From assembly GCA_004322215.1 (NCBI GenBank), contig SCSM01000010.1:5001-69000 (forward strand): a DNA stretch of 64,000 bases, in the 5' to 3' direction. Made by a program: the position numbers and the translations under genes. This stretch comes from Bacteroidota bacterium. GTDB taxonomy: Bacteria; Bacteroidota; Ignavibacteria; Kapaibacteriales; UBA2268. Positions 19,445 through 29,146 of the stretch are shown here, piece after piece (the first letter of the stretch is position 1; the number at the start of each line of letters is the position of its first letter). Under the pieces are notes generated by a model that saw only the letters and a program-made list of their open reading frames with translations, ran no database searches and was not told the DNA's origin.

Positions 19445-22400
19445 TTCTTCAGGGGTAAATGTATCTTCACTGTTTCCAGCCCAGCCCTTCTCATCAATTC
19501 TGCAGACTGATTGATATGTACAATTCCTACAGGCACCTGATACCGGCTTGACAGGAAATTCTCTCCGATTTATTGATTCGATTATCGAATTGCATTTTTC
19601 TACTGAATCATCGAGTATTTCACTCATTTTTTCGGATGATACATAATAACGAGCGGAAGATTTTGATTGCATCGGAATTATATCTGTATTCTGAAGGAAG
19701 AATAATTCCTTTTTTAATTTATCCTTATCATAAATTGGATTTAATATGTAATACAAAGCTCCTGCAAGTTCCGGATGAATATCATAATAATGCTCCAATA
19801 TGCTCTTAGCAGCGAGCATATATAATGGCATTTGAAAAGATGTTTCAATTACATTCTCGGTATATGATTTAATATAAGTTGATTTGCTTTTGTAATCTGT
19901 TACCAATAATAATGGTTTATTATTATTAAACCCTATTTCAATCCTGTCAATTTTCCCTCTCATATAAAAATCATCGCAAATTTTAACCGGAGGAATCGCA
20001 GACGATTTGCCGTGATGGAGTGATAATCCGAATCCGAATTCAAACAGGCAAGGTAGAAATTGCCAGCCGGAATCAATTCTTTGAATTTCAGATTTTAACC
20101 AGTTCTCTAATATTCCCGGTTTACTTTTTGAACCGGTTATTTCTTCTGCTTCCAATTCAAAAAAGGGATGTACGAACTGAATTTTTTTCAGTTCATCCTC
20201 TGCAATTTCTTTCAGAAGTTTTAAATAACCCGATTCGCTTTCTTTTTCAAGATAGACACTCGCAATAACAGGAAACCCTTCTGATTTTGGTAAAATCATT
20301 ATCTCAGAATTTCCTGATTTAATAGTTTCTTCCTGGAGTGTTGAATAAAATCTGTACAATATATTATGATATATACTACCCTTTTCAAATGCTTCGAGAG
20401 TAAAATCTTCAACTTTTTCTTCAAGTGGCTTAATCTGTTTCTTAACAAAATATTTAAATGGACAGGATGCATAAGTTTCCAAATCGGAAACAGAAAATAT
20501 CTTTTGTTGAACTTCACTATCATTCTGAACAGTTTCTAATCTGCTCGTTAAATCAATTTCCCCTTTCTTGTTTTTTCTACAAAAGTTTATATACTCAATA
20601 CTTTTTGATAATGATTGCTTATTCAACAAGTATTCATCTGGTATTTTGGTTTGTCCTTTCTTTGTTAAATACTCGAGTAATTCAGATTCATTTGCTATAG
20701 AGTAAAGCCATTCAAAATCATTCACCTCAGTGTTACCCTCATTAATATCTTTTCTTATTCGGGCGAGGTCGAATTCAAATTCATTTTTATCTTCAGCAAT
20801 AATATTTAAGAGACTATCAACAAAAGGAGATTTAACCAATTGCTCTCCTTCGTTATACTTAGGATAAGTTATAAATATCTTTTTAATTCCAGAATTCAAA
20901 TTTTCAGTTGAATTGGTGAGGAATTGGAAAAATTGCATCCTTTCCGATAAAATATGCTTATCCTCGGAATCAGGAAGTTCTTTTCCAAGGAATACTTCGG
21001 TTTGGTATTTTAAAGGAAATTCTCCGTCCAATGCACCGCAAAGGAACATAACTTTGTATGAGATTCCTCTTGTCTGCTCAATTGAAGTTACAGTTACACC
21101 ATAATTATGCTTTTCCCTGATTTGATATTTAGCAGAAGACACCATTGTTTTAAACCTGCCGGCAAGCTCATCCAAAGTGAATTTCTTTTTTGGGTATCTT
21201 TCCTCATAAATAAATGCAAACTCATCAAGTAAATTTATGATTGTTGAAAAAGCCCTGCCGTCCCTTTCAACTTCTTCAAGTAAATTATTTCTTTCAATGG
21301 ATGACAAATCTGCAGATGATTTAATAAATTCATAAAGCTTGAGTATATTTCCCTTAACATTAAAATTACTTAAAATATTTTCTTTTATTATCTCCAGGAA
21401 TTCAGTAGGTGAATATCTGGCTTTACCATCAGGAAGTAACTTTTGTAATTGTTTAAAATCCGAAAATGCTTTTATTATATTAGATAAATCAGCTAAATTC
21501 ATTTCAATTTCCATTTGGTCCGGGGTATCCGATTTTTTTAGAAGGGCAATTTTATTATTAATCGCATCCCTGTAACTCGTAAGCCGTGTTTTCCAGAATT
21601 CAGCTCCTCCTCTTCTTAAACCACCTGTGATTCTCAGCTTCAAGGCAATTGAAAATAAATTATCCCCATCAATTGATTTTTCATCACCTTCTGTTTTTCT
21701 CAGATATGACAAGTATGGGCTTAAAATAGTTCTATGAATATCATCCCTGCGAAATCCCCGGGTGATAATGTCGAGAACTGAAAATACCGCGATTGCAACA
21801 GGTGAGCGGTCGAGAGGATACCTGTCAGAGATATTCACAGGAATATTATATAAAGAAAAGATTTCCCTGTAAAGTTCCGAATAATTATCAGGCGTTCTAA
21901 TGCAGATGCAGATTTCACCGGGTTTATAATTATTTTTCTGGATTAGAAATTTAACAAGTTTGGAAATTGAAACAACTTCTTCCAACCTTGAATCTGCTGC
22001 ATAAACTTTAATAATATCTCCAAAATCAGGTCCCTTAACTTTTGTTTCAGATGTGAATAGCCACCTGCTTAAAAAATATTTTCTATTCTGTTGTTGAGAT
22101 ATTTTATCTTCTTCATTTTTTTCAGTAGATACAAGCTTAAAACCTTTTCCCGTTAGTGCCAATATTGTATTTTCGAGTGTAACCCCTAATGGTCCCAATT
22201 CTGTCGAATAATCAATAACAATTGCTAACGGAACTGTACTTTCAGCAAAATGAGAAATAAATTTTAGCTCAGGTTGTCTGAATTCGCTGAATCCGTCAAT
22301 TAAAATCAATGATTTTTCAGAAAATAATTGATTCAAAACATTTACTTTTTGCTCAATTATTTTATTTGTCCCCGATAGCAGTTCTGCGAAATCGAGATAC

Positions 22401-23032
22401 TTACTGCCAAGAAGCTCTTGATATGTTTCGTATAATGAAATGATATCAGACAGTTTTTTCGGTTCGATTTCTGTTTGATTCTCTTCAGATGAAGCCAGGT
22501 CTTCGCTTAATTGTTCAACGGTAATTCCATCCTCCTTCAAGCCATAAATCAAATCGGACAATTTTTGCAATATAACAGGTGAAAGAGGTTGAGCTGTCTG
22601 CTTATAAAATTTCAATTTTGCTTTTTCTGAAGCTTCTTCAAAAAGTGCAAAACGATAAGCATCAGAAATGAGTTTATAATCATTATTATCTGTGATTTTC
22701 CAAAAAATTGATGTAATAAATGATTTTAATGTGAATATGTTAAAATTAGTAACAGGTTTATTATATCTCTCATAATATTTTCTTACTGCTTTCAGGTTAT
22801 GATGGTTTACTAGTTTTCCAGTAGGAACAATCAGGTTTGCCATGTTAGGATTATTGTTTTCGATTGTATAATTAATCAGATTTTCGGAATCTGCAAGATT
22901 CAGAAATTGCTCAAATGATTCATTATAAATAACCTGTGGCATAGCTAATAAGAAAATTAGTGAAAACTGTGTGCCATTATAACATTTCGCAAATATGAAA
23001 TTAACAAAAGTTTGGGAATTATCGTAAGCCAT
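19442..23032 (-). CDS. AddB/RexB-like PD-(D/E)XK nuclease with C-terminal Fe-S cysteine staple
   Basis: The ORF is 1196 aa. The C-terminal nuclease motif is GKIDRIEIGF...LLLVTDYKSKS. The cysteines are YASCPFKYF plus CRNCTYQSVC. I saw no Walker A motif. The start could instead be the internal ATG at 22942. Confidence 0.65.
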   Translation of the reverse strand: MAYDNSQTFVNFIFAKCYNGTQFSLIFLLAMPQVIYNESFEQFLNLADSENLINYTIENNNPNMANLIVPTGKLVNHHNLKAVRKYYERYNKPVTNFNIFTLKSFITSIFWKITDNNDYKLISDAYRFALFEEASEKAKLKFYKQTAQPLSPVILQKLSDLIYGLKEDGITVEQLSEDLASSEENQTEIEPKKLSDIISLYETYQELLGSKYLDFAELLSGTNKIIEQKVNVLNQLFSEKSLILIDGFSEFRQPELKFISHFAESTVPLAIVIDYSTELGPLGVTLENTILALTGKGFKLVSTEKNEEDKISQQQNRKYFLSRWLFTSETKVKGPDFGDIIKVYAADSRLEEVVSISKLVKFLIQKNNYKPGEICICIRTPDNYSELYREIFSLYNIPVNISDRYPLDRSPVAIAVFSVLDIITRGFRRDDIHRTILSPYLSYLRKTEGDEKSIDGDNLFSIALKLRITGGLRRGGAEFWKTRLTSYRDAINNKIALLKKSDTPDQMEIEMNLADLSNIIKAFSDFKQLQKLLPDGKARYSPTEFLEIIKENILSNFNVKGNILKLYEFIKSSADLSSIERNNLLEEVERDGRAFSTIINLLDEFAFIYEERYPKKKFTLDELAGRFKTMVSSAKYQIREKHNYGVTVTSIEQTRGISYKVMFLCGALDGEFPLKYQTEVFLGKELPDSEDKHILSERMQFFQFLTNSTENLNSGIKKIFITYPKYNEGEQLVKSPFVDSLLNIIAEDKNEFEFDLARIRKDINEGNTEVNDFEWLYSIANESELLEYLTKKGQTKIPDEYLLNKQSLSKSIEYINFCRKNKKGEIDLTSRLETVQNDSEVQQKIFSVSDLETYASCPFKYFVKKQIKPLEEKVEDFTLEAFEKGSIYHNILYRFYSTLQEETIKSGNSEIMILPKSEGFPVIASVYLEKESESGYLKLLKEIAEDELKKIQFVHPFFELEAEEITGSKSKPGILENWLKSEIQRIDSGWQFLPCLFEFGFGLSLHHGKSSAIPPVKICDDFYMRGKIDRIEIGFNNNKPLLLVTDYKSKSTYIKSYTENVIETSFQMPLYMLAAKSILEHYYDIHPELAGALYYILNPIYDKDKLKKELFFLQNTDIIPMQSKSSARYYVSSEKMSEILDDSVEKCNSIIESINRREFPVKPVSGACRNCTYQSVCRIDEKGWAGNSEDTFTPEE

Positions 23033-23093
23033 TTGACATTATTTTAGTAGTTTTGTTTTTTATTTTTTTCTAATTGTCAATAAAGTAATTAAA

Positions 23094-24698
23094 ATGAATA
23101 AAACGTTATTATTAGGTGATGAAGCGATTGCACAGGGTGCATTAGATTCAGGTATCTCAGGTGTATATGCTTATCCCGGCACTCCTTCGACTGAAATAAT
23201 GGAATATGTTCAGAGAACGAAGGATGGAAAAGAGGGAAAAGTACATTGCACTTGGTCTGCTAATGAGAAAACTGCAATGGAAGCCGCTCTCGGTATGTCA
23301 TACACTGGGAAAAGAGCTTTGGTATGTATGAAGCACGTTGGATTGAACGTAGCTGCTGACCCGTTTATGTGCTCTGCGATTACAGGAGCAAACGGCGGGT
23401 TAATAATTGCTTCTGCCGATGACCCTTCGATGCACTCATCACAAAATGAGCAGGATTCACGCTTTTACGGTAAGTTTGCTATGGTGCCTGTGCTTGAACC
23501 ATCAAACCAGCAGGAATCTTATGATATGATGCATTACGGATATGATTTATCTGAGAAATACCAGGTTCCCGTTTTGTTGAGAATCACAACTCGGCTGGCT
23601 CATTCCCGTTCCAGTGTGAATACAATCGAACCAAAAGAACAAAAGCCAGTATATACTCCTGAGGATTCAATCCAATATGTTCTGCTTCCTTCGAATGCCC
23701 GAAAGAGATACAAGAAACTTCTCGGAATTCAAAATTCATTAGAGGAAGAATCAGAAAATTCAATTTATAATAAATATTTCGAAGGTAAGGATAAATCACT
23801 TGGAATAATTGTGAGTGGAATTGCATATAATTATTTTATTGAAAATTTTGATTATGGAGATATTCCTTATCCATTCATAAAGGTAAGCCAGTACCCGCTT
23901 CCAAAGAAAATGATAGAGAAATTATGCGATGAATGTAAAGAAATTTTGGTGATTGAAGAAGGTTACCCCTTAATTGAAGAATCACTCTCAGGATTGCTCA
24001 GAAGAGGCATAAAAGTCAGAGGAAGATTTGACGGTTCAATTCCCAGGGATGGTGAATTAAATCCGAATATAGTTGCTAAATCACTTGGAATAGAAGTACA
24101 ACAAACAATTCCGATTTCAGATACAATAGTAGGAAGACCCCCTTCGTTATGCGACGGGTGTCCTCATTCAGATACATTCAGGGCAATAAATGAGGCAATG
24201 TCCGGATATTCAAAAGGAAGAAATTTCTCAGATATTGGATGTTACACTTTAGGAGCATTACCTCCTTATCAATCCATTAATTCATGTGTGGATATGGGTG
24301 CCTCGATTACAATGGCAAAAGGTGCAGCAGATGCCGGTTTATTACCTTCAATCTCTGTAATTGGCGATTCCACATTCACTCATTCCGGAATCACAGGTTT
24401 GCTCGACGCAGTAAACGACAAATCCCCAATCACTGTTTTTATTCTGGATAATTATACCACAGCTATGACTGGAGGACAGTTCTCACCAGCAAACGGAAGA
24501 ATTGAAGAGATTTGCAAAGGTATCGGTGTAGAAGAAGAACATATCAAAATAATCGAACCTCTTAAAAAGAATCACAGAGAAAATGTTTTGATAATCAAAG
24601 AAGAAGTTGCATATAATGGTGTATCAGTAATTATTCCGAGGCGTGAGTGTGTAGTAACATTAACTCAGAAATCGAAAGAAAAGAAAAAAGCTAAATAG
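23094..24698 (+). CDS. iorA: Indolepyruvate:ferredoxin oxidoreductase alpha subunit (TPP-binding)
   Basis: Motifs present are LLLGDEAIAQGALDSGISGVYAYPGTPSTEI, CDGCPH and the TPP-binding GDSTFTHSG...NYTTAMTGGQ. Confidence 0.8.
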   Translation: MNKTLLLGDEAIAQGALDSGISGVYAYPGTPSTEIMEYVQRTKDGKEGKVHCTWSANEKTAMEAALGMSYTGKRALVCMKHVGLNVAADPFMCSAITGANGGLIIASADDPSMHSSQNEQDSRFYGKFAMVPVLEPSNQQESYDMMHYGYDLSEKYQVPVLLRITTRLAHSRSSVNTIEPKEQKPVYTPEDSIQYVLLPSNARKRYKKLLGIQNSLEEESENSIYNKYFEGKDKSLGIIVSGIAYNYFIENFDYGDIPYPFIKVSQYPLPKKMIEKLCDECKEILVIEEGYPLIEESLSGLLRRGIKVRGRFDGSIPRDGELNPNIVAKSLGIEVQQTIPISDTIVGRPPSLCDGCPHSDTFRAINEAMSGYSKGRNFSDIGCYTLGALPPYQSINSCVDMGASITMAKGAADAGLLPSISVIGDSTFTHSGITGLLDAVNDKSPITVFILDNYTTAMTGGQFSPANGRIEEICKGIGVEEEHIKIIEPLKKNHRENVLIIKEEVAYNGVSVIIPRRECVVTLTQKSKEKKKAK

Positions 24699-24728
24699 AT
24701 TTAAATAAGAAAAAAAGAATTTGCTCGT

Positions 24729-25301
24729 ATGAAAAAAGATATTATTATAGCCGGTGTTGGCGGACAGGGAATTGTTTCAATAGCCGCAGTAATCGGCTAT
24801 GCAACCGTAGAAGCAGGATTATTCCTCAAGCAAAGTGAAGTTCACGGAATGAGCCAGAGGGGTGGAGAGGTATATTCCCATTTCCGGCTGTCGGACAAAG
24901 AAATCGCATCAGACCTGATACCTCAAGGGAAAGCAGATTTAATCATTTCAGTCGAACCGATGGAAGCTTTGAGATACTTGCCCATGCTCAATTCCGATGG
25001 CTGGTTAATTACAAACACAACTCCATTTATAAACATTCCGAACTATCCCGATGTTAATAAAATACTCGATGAAATTAAAAAGTATCCGAGAAATATTTCA
25101 GTTGATGCCGATAAAATTGCGAAAAACCTCAAATCACCAAAATCGGCAAATATTGTGATTCTCGGCTGTGCTTCTCCTTATGTCGGACTTGAGTATGACA
25201 AGTTAGAGAATGCCATTCGGCTGATGTTCAAACGCAAAGGCGATAATGTAGTTAATGTCAATCTTGAAGCGTTGAAAGCTGGAAGAGAATACAAAAACTA
25301 A
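24729..25301 (+). CDS. iorB: Indolepyruvate oxidoreductase beta subunit
   Basis: The 190-aa ORF has IIIAGVGGQGIVS...HGMSQRGG, the gamma-domain signature of 2-oxoacid:ferredoxin oxidoreductases. It lies directly after iorA. Confidence 0.8.
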   Translation: MKKDIIIAGVGGQGIVSIAAVIGYATVEAGLFLKQSEVHGMSQRGGEVYSHFRLSDKEIASDLIPQGKADLIISVEPMEALRYLPMLNSDGWLITNTTPFINIPNYPDVNKILDEIKKYPRNISVDADKIAKNLKSPKSANIVILGCASPYVGLEYDKLENAIRLMFKRKGDNVVNVNLEALKAGREYKN

Positions 25302-25372
25302 TAAAATATTTTCAATAATTACCTGTTTATATTCATTAATTAAGTGTGTTAACAACAGAATTAAATTGATTT

Positions 25373-25615
25373 ATGAATAATGCAATTACAGAATCTGATG
25401 ATGATTCCAATAATTTAATTGAGGTTGATGACACGGAATATCTGCTCTCTATTCCAGGTATGCGAGAATCAATTATTGAAGGTAACAATACGCCGTTAGA
25501 TGAATGTTCAGAAGATCCAGGTTGGTGATGTAGGTATTTCCAATTATCTCGATATCAAATTTTAGATAAAGAAAAAACTGTAAAGATAATTAGAATGTGG
25601 AGCCATTATGAGTAA
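25373..25615 (+). pseudogene. Decayed YefM(Phd)/YoeB(Txe) toxin-antitoxin remnant
   Basis: A 51-codon ORF MNNAITESDDDSNNLIEVDDTEYLLSIPGMRESIIEG... resembles only the C-terminal half of YefM-type antitoxins. After the TGA at 25526-25528 the same frame reads ...SRYQILDKEKTVKIIRMWSHYE*. This resembles the last ~22 residues of YoeB (HRLVY......I..CRYHY). Confidence 0.5.
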
Positions 25616-26126
25616 AATGAAATTATCAATCAAAGTTGGTTTATATATTATTATCTTTTTTATCTGCATTAAAATATCTTCTCTGAATGAAAAAAATGAG
25701 AATTATAAAATCACATTCATTAATGAAAAAGTTTTCTCTAACTATATTCTTATTGGTGTTGAAACAACTATAAATCCGGTAAAAGAAATGTTATTATTAT
25801 CACAAAAACTTGATTCGTATTTCACATCTCACATTAATATTAACAATGTAGGTGAAGAATCTCAACAAAGTTTTTTTTCTTTAATTGACACAGGAAAGAT
25901 TTATCAATTAGAATTATATAAATATATGTATTCTCCACTATCAAAATTAATATGTTTAAATGGTTATCAGTTGGGTGAAAAAGGTGGTTATGATTCTACA
26001 AGATTAAGACTGTTTGGAATGCCTCCTAATTTGTATGTATTGTGGAAAAAAGATACTATACGTGGAGATATTTATTATTCTCCAAATATATTAGATAAAT
26101 TTTATATTAATTATAATAAAAAATAA
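25608..26126 (+). CDS. Hypothetical protein with N-terminal signal-anchor; very AT-rich orphan
   Basis: The 172-aa ORF has one N-terminal hydrophobic helix (VGLYIIIFFICIKISS). I recognise no motifs. It overlaps the end of the TA remnant. Confidence 0.4.
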   Translation: MSKMKLSIKVGLYIIIFFICIKISSLNEKNENYKITFINEKVFSNYILIGVETTINPVKEMLLLSQKLDSYFTSHININNVGEESQQSFFSLIDTGKIYQLELYKYMYSPLSKLICLNGYQLGEKGGYDSTRLRLFGMPPNLYVLWKKDTIRGDIYYSPNILDKFYINYNKK

Positions 26127-26149
26127 TATTAATCAAGAGTATATAATTC

Positions 26150-27145
26150 TCACTTCTTCCTCTTATTCAATGTATCAATTAACCAGTGCAGCATTTGTGT
26201 ATATTGATTCACTTTCAGCTTTGCTGTGGAATTCTTAGCTTTTTCAAAATAGGTGTCTGCAAATGAAATGGCATCATCAAATACATTCAATTTTGTAAAT
26301 AGAGTAACCATTTCCGGCAGTTGGTTTTCATCTTTTAAACCATTATTATTTAGAAAATCATTCAGCAATATTTTATCATATTCATCTTTTGCTTTTTCAA
26401 TTGCTTTTATTATTAAAAAAGTCTTTTTCCCTTCGAATAAGTCCTGTCCTATTTTTTTCCCGAGTTCGGCTTGTTCTGCTGTCAGGTCAAGCAAATCATC
26501 CTGCGCCTGGAATGCAATGCCGAGACAATTAGCATAATCTTGTAATGAATTAATTTCTTCTTCACTGCCATTTCCGATATGTCCACCAATCATAGCAGAA
26601 GTTTCAAGAATCTTTGCTGTTTTTTTGTCTATCATATTTAGATAATCATCCAGCGTTACATCCTTTTGCTCATTGAAGTCCATATCATACGCTTGCCCTT
26701 CACATACCTCAATCAGACCCCTCGTGAATACTTTGTAAATTTCATCAGAACGCGAGTGTTGTTTGGAAGTAGGTAATAACTTGTAAGCAAAACCGACCAT
26801 TACATCTCCTGTGAGAATAGCTGATGCCTCATTCCATTTCTCGTGAACTGTCTGCCGGTTTCTTCGCAGAGGAGACCTGTCCATTATATCATCGTGAACA
26901 AGTGTGAAATTATGAAGAAGTTCTATTGCAACTCCACAATCGAGTGCATCTTCAGGATTCCCTCCAACTGCTCCGGTGCATATCATTGTAAGAACCGGCC
27001 GGATTCGTTTTCCTCCTCCGGTTATCAAATAATGAAACGGAGCATATAATGATTCCGGTTGTTTATCTTTTACTATGCAATCAAGTTTATTCTCAACTTT
27101 TTTCAGATATTCATCGTATAGATTTTTATAATGTCTGTTATTCAT
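26150..27145 (-). CDS. Polyprenyl diphosphate synthase, short-chain (FPP/GGPP synthase-like)
   Basis: The FARM motif is LVHDDIMDRS and the SARM motif is FQAQDDLLDL. The ORF is 331 aa. Confidence 0.85.
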   Translation of the reverse strand: MNNRHYKNLYDEYLKKVENKLDCIVKDKQPESLYAPFHYLITGGGKRIRPVLTMICTGAVGGNPEDALDCGVAIELLHNFTLVHDDIMDRSPLRRNRQTVHEKWNEASAILTGDVMVGFAYKLLPTSKQHSRSDEIYKVFTRGLIEVCEGQAYDMDFNEQKDVTLDDYLNMIDKKTAKILETSAMIGGHIGNGSEEEINSLQDYANCLGIAFQAQDDLLDLTAEQAELGKKIGQDLFEGKKTFLIIKAIEKAKDEYDKILLNDFLNNNGLKDENQLPEMVTLFTKLNVFDDAISFADTYFEKAKNSTAKLKVNQYTQMLHWLIDTLNKRKK

Positions 27146-27159
27146 AATTCACCAATAAA

Positions 27160-28278
27160 TTAATATTTCCTGATATAATATTTGCCCGGAAGTTGCCTTA
27201 TAATGTCTTTGAATTCCATCTCGAGCATAGCAACGAGAATTTCATTTATTTCATATTCTGTGCGCGAGGCAATCTCGTCAATATGTATTGGTTCATTGCT
27301 AAGTAAATCAAATATACTTTGTTCAATATGATTCATTTTGATAAGAGTCTTTTTGCTATCAATTAAAACTGAATCAGGTTTTAACAAACCAAGGTCAATC
27401 AAAACCAGTTCGGGACTTAATGCAGGAGCGGCACTATTATTTTTTATCAGCAGATTTGTACCCTTGCTTTTCTCGGAATCAATTCTTCCGGGAATTGCAA
27501 ATACTTCTCTTTGCTGGTCAAGTGCGAACTTAGCTGTAATTAGCGCGCCGCTTTTATATCCACATTCGACAATTATAGTTGCCAATGATATACCGCTTAT
27601 TATTCTGTTCCTTTGTGGAAAATAACCGATTTGAGTTGCTGTTCCGAATTTGTATTCGGAAATTATTGCTCCACCCGATTCAACAATTTTATTAGAATTG
27701 CGAACAGCTTCTTCTGGATTAATCATATCTAAACCACAAGCGACTATCGCATAACTTATACCTTTTTTATTGATTGCCGACAAATGAGAAATTGTATCTA
27801 TACCATAAGCCATGCCACTTGTAACGATTATGTCATGCAAAGCAAAATATTCTGCAAAGCTTTCAGCAGTGAGTTTTCCGTATTGAGAGCATTTCCTCGT
27901 ACCTACCATAGATATGGAGACTGAGCCATTTGATTGTAAAGTCCCTTTGACATATAATATTATGGGTGGAAGAACAATATCCTTCAATAATTCAGGATAA
28001 CCATCATCCCAGATTGATATGATATTGTAATTATCATTATTTAAAAACTCAATCTGCCTTTTTGCTTCCTCTCTTGCCGAACCCCAAGCCGATGCTTTAA
28101 TATCATTGAACAGCTCATGCTGGTTAATCTTGTCTGCAAATAATCCGTCACCCGAATCCAGCAATTCTTCAAAGCTGTTATAACTCTCAACAGCTTTTCT
28201 CAACATGGATGAATTTATACCTTTGGTATAAGAAAAGGTCAGTATATCTTCAAGTTTCCAGCTTCCGGGATACGACAT
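27160..28278 (-). CDS. dprA: DNA-processing protein DprA
   Basis: The Rossmann-like core is VGTRKCSQYG...SGMAYGIDTISH...GAIISEY....FPQRNRIISG. A C-terminal winged-helix tail follows. Confidence 0.85.
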   Translation of the reverse strand: MSYPGSWKLEDILTFSYTKGINSSMLRKAVESYNSFEELLDSGDGLFADKINQHELFNDIKASAWGSAREEAKRQIEFLNNDNYNIISIWDDGYPELLKDIVLPPIILYVKGTLQSNGSVSISMVGTRKCSQYGKLTAESFAEYFALHDIIVTSGMAYGIDTISHLSAINKKGISYAIVACGLDMINPEEAVRNSNKIVESGGAIISEYKFGTATQIGYFPQRNRIISGISLATIIVECGYKSGALITAKFALDQQREVFAIPGRIDSEKSKGTNLLIKNNSAAPALSPELVLIDLGLLKPDSVLIDSKKTLIKMNHIEQSIFDLLSNEPIHIDEIASRTEYEINEILVAMLEMEFKDIIRQLPGKYYIRKY

Positions 28279-28340
28279 TTTGTTAATTTCAAAGTTGAAA
28301 AAAATTAATTTACAAAAAAGATAAATTAAGATGAAGTAAT

Positions 28341-29129
28341 TTACTTATTCAATTTAAATATTTTCGATAAAATCACTGCACTGCTTGATGCAACATTTAT
28401 TGATTGCACTCTATCTGTAATCGGTATATAGATGACATCATCGCTGATATCAAGGACTTCGCCATCAATTCCTTTATCTTCATTTCCAAATACCAGTGCA
28501 AACTTTTCAGGGAAATTAAAATTTGTTATTGGTTTAGATATTGTTTGCAACTCGGCACATATAATTTTATAGGAATTTTGTTTTAATTTTTTCAAATCTT
28601 CTACTAAAAAATCCGAAAAGTAAACATTAATATCCAGAATTGCTCCCATCGAAACTCTCACAGCTCTTCTCAAATATGGACTGCTTGTCTGCTTATCAAC
28701 AATTATAGAATAAACACCGAATGCAGCACAATTTCGAATTATCGAGCCGACATTTTCGGAATTGATGATTCCGTTCATTACAATTACCGGAGATTTCAAT
28801 TCAGATAATTCAGGTGCTAATGGTTGGCTCGCAAGTGCCATTATTCCGGAATGATGTTTGAAGCCCACTATTTGATTAATCAAAGATTTATCGGCAAAAT
28901 ATAATTTATTGTCGGGAATCTTTTTCTTTGAAATTAATTTATGATAATTCTTATAAAATTCTTCTATTACAAATACGGAAATTATTTCGAAATCTGATTT
29001 TAATAATTTTATCGTTACTATTTCTCCTTCAGTAACAAACAATTTCTCTTTAGTATGAGATAATGGTGTATAACGAAGATTTTTGAAATAAGATATTCTA
29101 TTATCGTTTATATCAATGATTTCTTGCAT
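28341..29129 (-). CDS. TrmH/SpoU-family RNA 2'-O-methyltransferase
   Basis: SpoU motifs present are NSENVGSIIRNCAAFGV, LVFGNEDKGI and IPITDRVQSINVASSSAVIL. Confidence 0.8.
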   Translation of the reverse strand: MQEIIDINDNRISYFKNLRYTPLSHTKEKLFVTEGEIVTIKLLKSDFEIISVFVIEEFYKNYHKLISKKKIPDNKLYFADKSLINQIVGFKHHSGIMALASQPLAPELSELKSPVIVMNGIINSENVGSIIRNCAAFGVYSIIVDKQTSSPYLRRAVRVSMGAILDINVYFSDFLVEDLKKLKQNSYKIICAELQTISKPITNFNFPEKFALVFGNEDKGIDGEVLDISDDVIYIPITDRVQSINVASSSAVILSKIFKLNK

Positions 29130-29146
29130 AAAAAGGTAAATTATAT

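Noticed and set aside
22943-23032. Whether the first 30 codons of the AddB-like ORF are real
   Set aside because: This is unresolved rather than rejected. The long start leaves only 61 bp for two divergent promoters, which favours ATG 22942. There is no clear RBS at either site, so I kept the track coordinates.
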